A stretch of 63,979 nucleotides of DNA, counting the filler, from Octopus bimaculoides (lineage: Eukaryota): NCBI RefSeq assembly GCF_001194135.2. It is 7 parts of 7 records of this genome, joined end to end, with 100 filler letters (N's around TTAATTAATTAA, not from the genome) between each part and the next. Parts side by side here need not be neighbours in the genome. Positions count along the whole stretch, not along the records: positions 53,034 to 57,608 come from NC_068982.1; positions 57,709 to 59,837 come from NC_068988.1; positions 59,938 to 62,793 come from NC_068986.1; positions 62,894 to 63,979 come from NW_026419457.1; 3 more parts are not named here. One strand, 5' to 3'. The notes under the pieces are model-generated. The model searched no databases and was not told the origin of the DNA. It saw nothing but the letters and a program-made list of their open reading frames with translations. This document shows positions 53,034 through 63,979 of this stretch, piece after piece. The position numbers and the translations under genes were made by a program. Each line of letters begins with the position of its first letter. Within the stretch, counting starts at the first letter, position 1.

Positions 53034-54724
53034 CCAGAATTTCGGGTTTTTTCCTCAAATTTCTTCCTCCCCTCTTCACTCTCCTTCCTTATTGTATCCC
53101 TTCGTTCTCTCTACCTCACCTCCTATCACACCATTGGTTTGCATGTGGTGTGTGTATGTATGCATATTTATCACAGACAGCCAGAATATGACAAAGGAGA
53201 ATAACTCCTTCCCCATAAAAAATTAAGAGCATACCTTCTTTGAATACAATACATATATCTTTCCCAATTTCAGAGTTCCTGCCCAGATGATCTGGCTATT
53301 GTAAAAGATGATTTCCTGGCAGTCATGACAGTTGTTTAGAAGATTTAAACCTGAGTTGGACATGGGCAGGTCTCGTAACCTGATAGGAGTTCAAAGTTTT
53401 TCCATATTTATTGAATTTGAAACTAGTAGTAGTTCCTTCATATAAATATATATAAATAAGAATGTATGTATGTACCTATGTATGTGTGTGCGTTTGTGTG
53501 TGTATGTATGAGTGTGTGTATCTGTGTTTGTGTATATTGGTGTAAATAAGTGCGTCGTATTGCGACACGTAATGAAGTAAAAAAAAAAGCCTGGCATTCG
53601 ACAAAACTAAGAGCGATATAATATATATAACTGACTAAAATAAGTATAATTTGTCGACAAAATCGATTAAAACCCTTAAATTCCACGCCTCAGCATGGGG
53701 GCATCCAATAACTAAAACCAGAAAAAGGACTTTAAGACTAAAGTATAAAGGATGAAATCGGAATAGTCAAATTTAAAATGTATTAATTTTATATCTGCAG
53801 TTTGAAATGTGTGTAGTCTTTACTACAATAACAAATTAATGTTTCAGCGTCGCTACAGTACTAATTCAACACGAATTTATTCGATATAATGTAGCAATTT
53901 AGTCCCGGGTCAGCCCTTATCGGGTAGACCTATGTCCGAAGGCGTTCCAATCATCAACATTCTATTTAATTTATTTGCCTGGTTAAGAAGCTCGTTTTGT
54001 AACCACATGAATTCGGGTTCAGTCCCGCCCGACTGTACTTTAGTTAAGTGTCCTCTACTATAGCTCTGGGCCAACAAACGCTTTGTGAGAGAATTTGGTG
54101 GACAGATATATATATATACACACATAAATCCATACATATACATACACCCCACACATACTTATGAGTGTGTATATGTGTGTATATATGTTTGTGTGTGTGC
54201 TTGTGTTTGCCTTTGTGTTTGTGGTTTGTCCTCCCCATCACTTGACAATTGGTGTCGGTTTGTTTGCATCCTTATAACGTGGCAGTTTAGCGAAAGACAC
54301 CTAATAAACAAGTACTAGACTGAAAAGATAAGTACTACGGTCGATTTTGACTGAAAACAGGTAAAAATTTAAAGATGACTATTTAATGCGGTTGGGTGTG
54401 ATTCGAGAAAAACTTAGCTGCTGATTTCTCGACGACAGAACAATCACGGACAGGATCGTTAATTGGTTCTCTTCCGCCCTTGATGAAACATGAATATCGC
54501 ATGAAAGTCAAATCTCAAATGTAGGATCAGACTACGTTACTTGTTTCCGGACTGTGCAATTAATTGGGCTTTTATAATGCGTATGCTGGATTGTGCATAC
54601 GTAGGCTTGTACACGTCTAAAAATAATTAGTGATAATAAACGTAAGTATATAACGGCAATAACAGCAACAACAATAACAATTACAAAACCACAGTAATAA
54701 TAATAACAATAATAATAATAAAAT

Positions 54725-55290
54725 TATGCCCGGATGCAGTACCAGGCTGTGGCTCTCATGGCTTCTGATCTTAATTGATTGGAAGTGTTATCATGTACAT
54801 TGTTTTGTCTTGGTATAAAAGATGGGCTACAGCAAATATTCTGCTTAATACCACAGATTTGCTTGTCAGTTGACCTTAACCAGTTGAGCATGTCCCTTGG
54901 TGCATCTCTGATCATGAGCAGAAGTAGTGGGGGAGCATCATAGCCATGTGTTGAGAGGAATTCTTTGGAGTTTGAATAATTCACCTTTGGAAACATGGGT
55001 GTTTTGCTTAACATCCTTAAACAACCCTTATTCAGGGACCTTTTGAGCGGGATGGGCTATTCGACTTGAAAAAATTCTAACTGGGCCCCACTTGCGAGGT
55101 CATGCGCTGTTTATCTTGATATGAGATCACCATGTCGCGCACATATGGTTATGATGCATGTGCCTGGTGTACCCTTATCAGACGGGTAGTCATGATGGGT
55201 ATAATGGTCTTCGTATATTTTACCCCAGTGTCACTTTGATGGCATGCACTGCTCTCTCACTCAATAATAATAATAATGACAACAATAATA
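54725..55290 (+). mobile_element. SINE-like interspersed repeat ending in (AAT)n
   Basis: Non-coding ~550 bp with an (AAT)n tail. I recognise it only loosely as an abundant octopus repeat, and it has no second copy in the window. Confidence 0.35.
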
Positions 55291-55294
55291 ATAT

Positions 55295-56523
55295 ACCTAT
55301 CCCTGACACAAATAGAAAACTTGTACAAAATAACAGCAGCTGAACTAGACAAATTCTTAGGGACCAAGAATGTAACTCATAATATAAAACCATAGGGAAA
55401 AAACCCCATAGCTTTTATCTATACACAAGAAGGCGATAAAATACAAAGCAGAAACAAATTGTACTGAAGCAATAAATTTAGATAACAACATAACAGAAAT
55501 GGTTAAAGGGATAAAAAAAAAAACATGATGAAAACGAAATTACAAAGCATACTCAAGAAGAAATGGAGAGCAAAACCACTTCACGACTAAGGGAAGAAAT
55601 AAGAAGCGGTGAAATCAGCAATGGCTCAAAAGCTCCGGCTTGAAAGTTGAAATAGGGGGACTGATCCTTCTTGCACAAGACCAATGTCTGGCCACAAATC
55701 CCTATAAATGTAAAATAATGAAAATGTTTCTAACATCAAAAGCAGAATCAGCAACCAGTACAACGAGACGGTTCACATCATCTCTGATTGCCCGGTCCTT
55801 GCCAAATCTGAGTACATACATAGGTCAACTCGTGTTGGTAGCTACATTCAGTGGGCAATATGCCATGCCAACACTTCAATATGAAAACAAATAAAAAGAA
55901 GTACAAGCGTGTACAGAACACGGTACGTGACAACGACCAGGCTACAATAATCTGAGATATGCTCTTCCAAAATGACAAAGAGCCCTAGGTGAACCGTCCT
56001 GACATAATAATTCTTTCTACTGTAGGCGCAAGGGCTGACATTTTGGGAGATGGGTTTAGTTAATTACATCGACCCCAGTACTCAACTGATACTTATTTCA
56101 TCAACCCCGAAAAGACGACATGCTAAGTCAACCTTGACAGACCGTCCTGACATAATGGTAAAAGGCTGGAAGACAAATATAAGCACCCTGGTAGATACCA
56201 CAATCCCTTCTGATGAAAATATTTCCCCCAAAGAAGTGGGAAAAGCTATCAAAATACAAGGAGCTAGAAACTGAAACATTCAAGATGTGGGGCATGAGGG
56301 TGAAAACAATACCAACTGTAATTAGAGCATTAGGTATAATTTTAAAAAGTATGAAAAGTGACACTAGGGTTCACAGCACTGCCAGAAAAAAAGAAAAAAG
56401 ACTGGTACTATGCATAAGTCGAACGTATCGTTAGTAGTTTAGCGTTGTTTAGCTGTGTAGATCCAACTGTGGTGACTGAGTGTCCTTAGTGAGATTTTGC
56501 TGCGTATCATCAACTTGAACAAC
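55295..56523 (+). pseudogene. Decayed R4/Dong-clade LINE 3' part
   Basis: WLKSSGLKVEIGGLILLAQDQCLAT, HIISDCPVLAKSEYIHR, (N)RPDI, VDTTIPSD, EKLSKYKELE..MWGM..VIRALGII and TGTMH. Confidence 0.85.
56009..56140 (-). mobile_element. 5'-truncated V-SINE-like copy with a perfect 16-bp TSD
   Basis: ACCGTCCTGACATAAT occurs at 55993-56008 and 56141-56156. Confidence 0.85.
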
Positions 56524-56675
56524 CACTCAGTCACCACAGTCACCACAGTTGGATCTACACAGCTAAACAACGCTAAACTACTAACGATACGTTCGACTTA
56601 TGCATAGTACCAGTCTTTTTTCTTTTTTTCTGGCAGTGCTGTGAACCCTAGTGTCACTTTTCATACTTTTTAAAA
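56340..56675. repeat. Fold-back inverted duplication, 143-bp arms, 41-nt loop
   Basis: 56340-56482 equals the reverse complement of 56524-56675, apart from a 9-bp duplication (CACCACAGT) in the right arm. Confidence 0.95.
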
Positions 56676-57608
56676 ATCTAATGGTATATAAGGAACAGGC
56701 ATCGGAAATGTAGAAATATTGTATATAATTTCTAATATATATGTTGTCATTGTGTTGTTGTATGTGTTTTGGTTGTATTTTCTGTTCTTTGGTGGTGTTC
56801 ATAAAAAGTGAGGTGGCACATTTGTTAGATACTGATAGTTGATGTAGTTTTGAGTTATATCTAAAGAATAGTGGAAGGAGGTGAACACGATGTCATTTAC
56901 ATTTGAAGTTGTGTGTGCTTTGTCGGTTACAAAGGAAGTTCATGTAAGTCCCAGTTAAAAAGTATGCATGAGAGGACGGATACTTGCATCACCTCATTCG
57001 GGAAGTTATAGTTTCTAGAGATTCAAGCTGTGTTGTTACTGTAGTCAACGTAGACTTGTCAACCTGTGAATTAGCTCGCTGTCATTATTTAGCGCTGTTT
57101 CTACAGGAAGCTTTTTTAGTATTATGATTTTGATTATAAGCATGTAGTGCGGAATAAAATCGGAAGCTTTGCTGGTGGCAATGGTAATTAAAACGGCATA
57201 TGGTGCTTTTGTTGTTGCAGACGCTATCATATTTCCTTTGTGCAAATGGTTGTTCAAGCTGCCGTGCATTATCATTTTTTGTATTATATTATGCCAAACA
57301 TTCTGCAGAAAATGCGGAACACTAATAGTATTTAAGCAAATTAATAGCACATGAGTACTATTACATCACCTCCTCTCTTAATGCATGTATGTATGTATGT
57401 ATGTATGTATGTATGTATGTATGTATGTATGCATGTCTGTATGTATGTATGTATGTATGCAGGCATCATGTACGTGTATATATATGTAGTGAAACTACCT
57501 ACCGCCATTAGATACAAAACTACTATCGCCATTCTTCTCATTTAAATATAAATAAACGCGGGCGTAGCAGAGAACCCATTCCTTGTCATCACGTGACTGA
57601 TCATTATT

Positions 57609-57708
57609 NNNNNNNNNNNNNNNNNNNNNNNNNNNNNNNNNNNNNNNNNNNNTTAATTAATTAANNNNNNNNNNNNNNNNNNNNNNNNNNNNNNNNNNNN
57701 NNNNNNNN
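57609..57708. other. Artificial contig spacer
   Basis: 44 N, TTAATTAATTAA, 44 N. Confidence 0.95.
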
Positions 57709-57744
<36 letters not shown>

Positions 57745-58274
57745 CCTGATTTCAAGCGTAATCAAATTTCCCGAGAAAAGTAGGAAAATATGTGATGTGC
57801 CTTCGTCTTCCGCCCGTGGTTTATGAGTCAGTAGTTTAAGAGATGATATGTATATATTTAATAGAATATATTTTTAACTTAATTCCATTTGTAGTAAACA
57901 TTAAATGCAATCGCCAATCGCTACGCTCACTTTTTTGTACGTTATGAGACGAAAATGCTGTTGATATTTGTATACAACAATACATTAATATACTTAAATT
58001 TATAGAAAAAACTGGCATTATTGCAATAGATGTGCATAAATTTTACTCTGGTAGATATTTAACTAGTATTTTTTGGTGTAATTAACTGAATGGGTATCTA
58101 CCCCAGTAATGTATTTCCCGTTATTTTATCTACAACTTATTTTTTTGGCTTTCATTAACTTCCGCCGGCTACTCTCCTCCGTATTGTAATTTTGTATATT
58201 AGCGATTGAGATTGCATATATGTACGCGACAGGAATAGTGTTGGCAATATATACAACTACATACAACGATCTTC

Positions 58275-58512
58275 TTATTTCTTTACTGCCCAGGTGGGGC
58301 TACACACAGAAGGGACGGACAAGGACACACAAGGACAGACAAACGGATTAAGTCGTTTATATCAACCCCAATGCGTAACTGGTACTTATTTAATCGACCC
58401 CGAAACGATGAAAGGCAAAGTCGACCTCGGCGGAATTTGAACTCAGAACCTAGCGGCAGACGAAATACCGCAAAGCATTTCGCCCGGCGTGCTAATGTTT
58501 CTGCCAGCTCGC
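58275..58512 (-). mobile_element. Near-intact V-SINE-like element with the alternative (AAGAAATAA) tail
   Basis: Minus strand GCGAGCTGGCAGAAACATTAGCACGCCGGGCGAAATGC..GTTCTGAGTTCAAATTCCGCCGAGGTCGACTTTGCCTTTCATCGTTTCGGGGTCG..GCAGTAAAGAAATAA. Confidence 0.85.
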
Positions 58513-58620
58513 GATCTTCTTGTGTACCTACGTGTCTGTCTGTGTTTCCATCTCTCTAACTAAATATAAATAACCGCGCCTCTATACGAGTGTGTGTTTA
58601 TACACACACATACACGTGTG

Positions 58621-58678
<58 letters not shown>

Positions 58679-59303
58679 CCAATAGGAGTTTACACGGACA
58701 AATTCAGAGAACATAGTTTTAGAGTATAATGAAATATGTTAATAGGCTTCAAGACGTGTGTTTTGGTAGTTTTTCTGGTTGAGCTGGTTAAGATAATCAT
58801 TAGATGTATTGAAAAACTGAACTCATGAAAGAATGTCATTAATGTCCAAGTATGTGATATTCATTCCACATGCGTCACCAGTATATTTAAAACTGCACAC
58901 CAATCTCATTGCTGTTTACCGAAGAAAGCAATATATATATTTATAGATACCTTCGAAGGACTGTGGCTGGAAGAAATTCTCAGATCCCTGGGAAAACTAT
59001 AGAATATTTTACGAATATTGTCTGAATAAGTGTTGCGAATATATTTTAAAATGTCTCATCGATTTAGCTATACACCTTCATAATTCTGACGAATCTACAT
59101 TTATGGAGACTTCTTTTTTCTTACAATTTATCATAAATTCGAAGCACATATTCATGTAAAAACAAAACATTTTCTATGTGCATATATATGATGGCCTTTG
59201 CACAGCCATTTTGGCGGCGCCTTATTGGTGGATCTGATTCAATATTGGTCATTCTAATTTGTCCCCCTCAATCTCCTACTGTCTGTCTGTTTGTCTGTCT
59301 ATC

Positions 59304-59350
<47 letters not shown>

Positions 59351-59837
59351 TTCTCTCACCCTCTCTCTCTGTGTAGAAGCGTCTATTTTTGTCAATATGA
59401 ATATGTAATATTTCTTTCTTTCCCCAATCTTCTCTCTATCTGTGTGATTCTAATTCATCAGGTGAGAATGTGAGTGTGACACTGTGTATGTGTGTGTCTG
59501 TGTGTCTTTGTTTATTCCCGCAGCAGGACATTTAGTCACAAAAGAGTAGAATGTCCAGTCACCCGTGTCAAACCATAAGCGTAAAAATTAACTGAACCAA
59601 CTCATCCGTTTCTAAATGCATGTCACATGTAAATACTTAGTCTATGTTCATATCTGCGATGTGAAGAGTCGTGTTAAACCATTTGTTAATGAAACAAGAA
59701 AATTTGTGCTGTTTTATATCACCAGATATCTCAATATATCATCGTATAACCACACGGTTACTCCACATATGTGGCTCCGTTAAACTCTCCGGATCATGGG
59801 TTATGGGATGAAATACACACACACACACACACACACA

Positions 59838-59937
59838 NNNNNNNNNNNNNNNNNNNNNNNNNNNNNNNNNNNNNNNNNNNNTTAATTAATTAANNNNNNN
59901 NNNNNNNNNNNNNNNNNNNNNNNNNNNNNNNNNNNNN
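59838..59937. other. Artificial contig spacer
   Basis: 44 N, TTAATTAATTAA, 44 N. Confidence 0.95.
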
Positions 59938-60680
59938 ATATATATATATATATAATGCATGTTTATATATTTGTTATCGCGTTATATAAGCTGATTTTCA
60001 AGACTTGTCATCTTTAGTTTTCTTAATACAACACGGAAGCTAATCCTCTGCGGAGTTAATTCTATCATGGGAGGAGATGGCGGAAGAGGCAAGAGAGAGG
60101 ACGAGAGTTAGGTACCTAGAATCGGTGCAGCACTGTCGCAAGACCGATCGATTTACTAGTGGAGGTGAGCAGTTGAGTAAGGCCTATGGAACCACAAAAA
60201 TAAGCAGAGTAAGAGCCATCAAAGGACAGCGTAGAGGCTATTGTGAAAGCATCTAGATGACTCTAGCTGAAGAGTAATGATAAGGTCAGTAAGGTGCGTG
60301 TTGATCACCTGGATGAGATGTATCTTGTAAGAGACGAAACTACCCGTAACCCTTGAATATTACGCTGACGGTGCATCTGTGTACGTCATCTATATATGTT
60401 TAATAGAACAATAGACACAAGTAATGCTATATATTTAAGCCTTCCAGATTATCATATTACTCAGGAACTAATCAACTTTTATAACAGTCTTTGGTCCAAC
60501 GGAGGATGACAAGCCAAGTTGTCACCATGACAACTAGATTTCATTCATATATACTTGGAGGCTTTCCGTATTTTCTTTGTTGAATACTTGAGGTCATATC
60601 ATCAATTGCTCGTTGAGTCGTTCTGCAATCTCTCTGATTTTATATCCTGCTAAAAATAAACTGGAACTGGTTACGTTCAA

Positions 60681-60734
<54 letters not shown>

Positions 60735-60804
60735 ATGAGACACTCTCATATGTAAAAATCAAAGCGAGATTTATATATCTTAATTTGCAGGGGAATTTGT
60801 AGTG

Positions 60805-60879
60805 GGAAGTTTAGCTTAATCGGTCAAAGCATCGTAACATGTAATCACGGGGATGTGAGTTCGAGTCCACAGCTAACCA
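60805..60879 (+). pseudogene. tRNA-Thr(UGU)-like pseudogene or solitary SINE head
   Basis: Has an A-box TAGCTTAATCGG, D-stem GCTT/AAGC, anticodon arm CGTAA-CATGTAA-TCACG and T-loop GTGAGTTCGAGTC. The acceptor stem is broken and U33 is absent. Confidence 0.55.
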
Positions 60880-61476
60880 CCTACACTTTTCTCTGCAAAA
60901 TAGGGATAGTTTATCCTGTTCAGGCTATATTATTAGCATTATTCTGCGATTGAGAATTTAAAATCACTTTTTTAACTTTCTAAAAGACATCTCAACGCAT
61001 CTAAAAGCAAACTTCGTTTGTTTATTTACGTTTGTCGTAATTTGAATTTAGTATATATTTTTATATATATATATATATATATTGATTGATAGATAGGAGT
61101 GTATGAATATGTGTCTATATATATATGTNNNNNNNNNNNNNNNNNNNNNNNNNNNNNNNNNNNNNNNNNNNNNNNNNNNNNNNNNNNNNNNNNNNNNNNN
61201 NNNNNNNNNNNNNNNNNNNNNNNNNNNNNNNNNNNNNNNNNNNNNNNNNNNNNNNNNNNNNNNNNNNNNNNNNNNNNNNNNNNNNNNNNNNNNNNNNNNN
61301 NNNNNNNNNNNNNNNNNNNNNNNNNNNNNNNNNNNNNNNNNNNNNNNNNNNNNNNNNNNNNNNNNNNNNNNNNNNNNNNNNNNNNNNNNNNNNNNNNNNN
61401 NNNNNNNNNNNNNNNNNNNNNNNNNNNNNNNNNNNNNNNNNNNNNNNNNNNNNNNNNNNNNNNNNNNNNNNNNNNN

Positions 61477-61539
<63 letters not shown>

Positions 61540-62249
61540 GTCTGTCTGTCAGTCTGTCTGTCTGTATATATGTTTGTATGTACATGTGTGTATGTATGTT
61601 TGTATGTACATGTGTGTGTGTGTATGTGTGTTTGTGGGCGTCTTTTCATTATATGAATAATTTTATACAAACCTAAACAAGTGTTTGTAGAAGGCATATC
61701 TTTATAGCATGGACATGTATGCATGGGCGCGCGGACGTCCGTGCAGTTTGTTTGCCATCACATACATTCATGATTGTGTATGACTCTACATCAATTTATA
61801 CACCATCTTATTATACAAATTTATTCAGAGTTATATAATTAATTGAGAGACTGAGGCAATGGTTAATTAACACTGATAATTAGCACTGTAGATGATGTCA
61901 GCATTTGATGTCATACTAGCAGTGGTGGTGGTGGTGACGGTGGGACGCGAAGTTATAGTGGTTGTTGTTATGATTGTGTTTGTTGTTTAGAACGAGATAA
62001 GTTTCGATTGAGTATATCCATGATGGAAAAGCATTTGATTTCAGGGAGAATTGACTGCTATTTCTCTCCGTTCCAACAAGCACCTGTAGGCTTCCTCGTT
62101 ATAGTTGTAACGATGGTGATGGCGGCTGTGGTGTCGGAATTAAGAAGAGGAAATGGTCGCTCCATGTTGAATAAATATTCACACGTGACATCGCATTGAT
62201 ATTCATGATGGTGAATGTGGCTTTGATGGCCATAGTAATAGAGATGCAG

Positions 62250-62366
62250 AGCAACAGCAACAACACCAACGGTAGCAGCAGCAGCAATCGTAGCAGTAGT
62301 AGTAGTAGTAGTAGCAGTAGAAACAATAGAATTAGCAGTAGTTGTAGCAAGACTAGCCACAGCACC

Positions 62367-62403
<37 letters not shown>

Positions 62404-62440
62404 ATAGTAGTGGTAGTGGTGGTAGTAGTAGTAGTAGTAA

Positions 62441-62473
<33 letters not shown>

Positions 62474-62770
62474 TAGTGGTGGTGGTGGTAGTAGTAGTAG
62501 TAGTAATAGTAGTAGTAGTAGTAGTAGTGGTAGTAGTAGTAGTAGTGGTAGTAGTAGTAGTAGTAGTGGTAGTAGTAGTAGTAGTGGTAGTAGTGGTAGT
62601 AGTGGTAGTAGTAGTGATAGTAGTAGTAGTAGTGATGGTAGTAGAAGTAGTAGTGGTAGTAGTGGTAGTAATAGTAGTAGTAGTAGTAGTAGTAGTAACA
62701 ATAATAATACTAGTAATGGTAGTAATAATAGATGTAGCAGATCTAGTCGTACTAGCAGCAGCGGCAGCAA
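62250..62770. repeat. (AGT)/(GGT)n trinucleotide array
   Basis: Direct reading; source of the poly-S/T/V/L ORFs. Confidence 0.95.
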
Positions 62771-62793
62771 CAGGAGAATGTCGCAGCACATGC

Positions 62794-62893
62794 NNNNNNN
62801 NNNNNNNNNNNNNNNNNNNNNNNNNNNNNNNNNNNNNTTAATTAATTAANNNNNNNNNNNNNNNNNNNNNNNNNNNNNNNNNNNNNNNNNNNN
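62794..62893. other. Artificial contig spacer
   Basis: 44 N, TTAATTAATTAA, 44 N. Confidence 0.95.
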
Positions 62894-63508
62894 ACACATA
62901 CATCTAAATATAGACATATATTTTTTTATAAAAAATACATCTATACAAATACGCTCCCATACTTATTCACAAGTACACTCATATATGAATATTTAAAGAA
63001 ACCTATGTATAAGTAAATACATCTGTGCACAAAAATGTACATACATCTAAAAAATCATACGTAAATGCATATTGATATATTTTTTAAAAAGTAATAGTAA
63101 TAAGAGTAAAAATAAGGGTAAAAGTAAAAATATAAATGATAATGCGTATATGTACACAAAAAAATCAATAGAAACACCTCTAGTTTATACAAAACCCTGA
63201 ATATGTATACACAGACACACACACACACATTTTCTCTCACAGATATAAGTGTATATATAAACACCTAGACCGGTATATTCATACGTACATAAATTTTGTA
63301 TGTGTTGGTTGTTACAAGAGTTTATCAAGATTTAAAATATGTTCTAATTTAAGTTGATAAATTACGAAAGTTTAGATAAATAATTTGAATCGTAAATAAT
63401 TTTAATCTTCTAACCTTTGAGGGAATTAATAATATGTTTTATTAGAACTATTTGAAGAACTCACTTATTAAGGGTTAATATGATAGCGTTTTATAAAAAC
63501 AGTGAATG

Positions 63509-63979
63509 TTATTTAAATGCTGAAAATGTATGTTTTTGCCATTTGTAAGAATTTTCTATGAAAGTATTTACCGGATTATTCTTTGAAAATAAAATAAAGA
63601 GGAGCTCGGTAACACAAAGATGGCAAAATTTTTCACCCTTTTCATATGGCTTAGAAATAGAAAGAATAAGCCAGTCTAGTTTGAATTTAATGTTATTATC
63701 TTTAAGATCCCAAATTAGTTTGCTAAGGCTTGTGGTATTACGTTTGCTTCTATCTCTAAAGGATGAAAAATGGTTAGAAATTCTAATGGATAATGGTGAA
63801 GAGGAAGATCCTACATAAAAGTGAGTTTTTGTAGGAGTACTAACTTGGCATTGGTAGATAGTGTTTCTGAGTTTCGCATTTTTACTTAAAAAACTAATTC
63901 TTTTGCTATTAACTTCTGAAATAATGATCTTGTTGTTGTGACTATTACTATTATGTATCGTGTTATTATTATTGTTCCC
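63509..63979 (-). CDS. Penelope-like element C-terminal GIY-YIG endonuclease; frame open to the window edge
   Basis: Manual translation gives 156 aa then TAA: ..TIYQCQVSTPTKTHFYVGSSSSPLSIRISNHFSSFRDRSKRNTTSLSKLIWDLKDNNIKFKLDWLIL..PYEKGEKFCHLCVTELL..N... It is missing from the ORF track because no start codon lies in the window. Confidence 0.85.
   Translation of the reverse strand, partial: GNNNNNTIHNSNSHNNKIIISEVNSKRISFLSKNAKLRNTIYQCQVSTPTKTHFYVGSSSSPLSIRISNHFSSFRDRSKRNTTSLSKLIWDLKDNNIKFKLDWLILSISKPYEKGEKFCHLCVTELLFILFSKNNPVNTFIENSYKWQKHTFSAFK

Noticed and set aside
56396-56440. GACTGGTACTATGCATAAGTCGAACGTATCG as a hammerhead remnant
   Set aside because: It is better explained as the decayed C-terminal codons (TGTMH) of the R4 element, and the core is incomplete.
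57550-58260. CpG-rich promoter-like motifs (TCACGTGA, CTTCCGCC)
   Set aside because: The motifs lie on both sides of an artificial spacer, and no transcription start or downstream gene is evident.
60309-60350. CTGGATGAGATGTATCTTGTAAGAGACGAAAC, hammerhead-like
   Set aside because: There are extra bases in the core and no stem I partner.
62058-62849. Long ORFs rich in Ser, Thr, Val or Leu (mucin-like), and similar poly-H/T/C/V/I/D ORFs throughout
   Set aside because: They are translations of microsatellites in several overlapping frames with no other coding signal.

Overview
This is AT-rich, microsatellite-dense animal genomic DNA. The repeat families suggest a cephalopod, probably Octopus; that assignment is an inference from my recollection of the repeats, not a database result. 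The window is several contigs joined by six artificial 100-bp spacers (44 N, TTAATTAATTAA, 44 N), plus ordinary N gaps. I cannot support any host protein-coding gene, rRNA, intact tRNA or CRISPR array, and most ORFs in the track are microsatellite, N-run or antisense artefacts. What is recognisable is transposon-derived: Penelope-like elements (PLEs, including an intact GIY-YIG endonuclease frame running off the right edge), RTE LINEs, two R4/Dong-type LINEs, an L1/Tx1-like piece, two Helitrons, Tc1 and Tigger fragments, hAT- and piggyBac-type MITEs, and many tRNA-derived SINEs. The best leads are: (1) three type I hammerhead ribozyme motifs, two in a ~190-bp inverted-repeat pair (14786-15794) and one in a 413-bp-period direct repeat (48991-49487) resembling a retrozyme or PLE terminal repeat; (2) an R4/Dong copy with a twin-priming-like 5' inversion; (3) a perfect 143-bp fold-back duplication; (4) a fully paired 78-nt hairpin; (5) an abrupt switch from CpG-depleted to CpG-retaining DNA at the 39.1-kb spacer. 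Element boundaries and identities were judged by eye and are approximate unless exact motifs are quoted.
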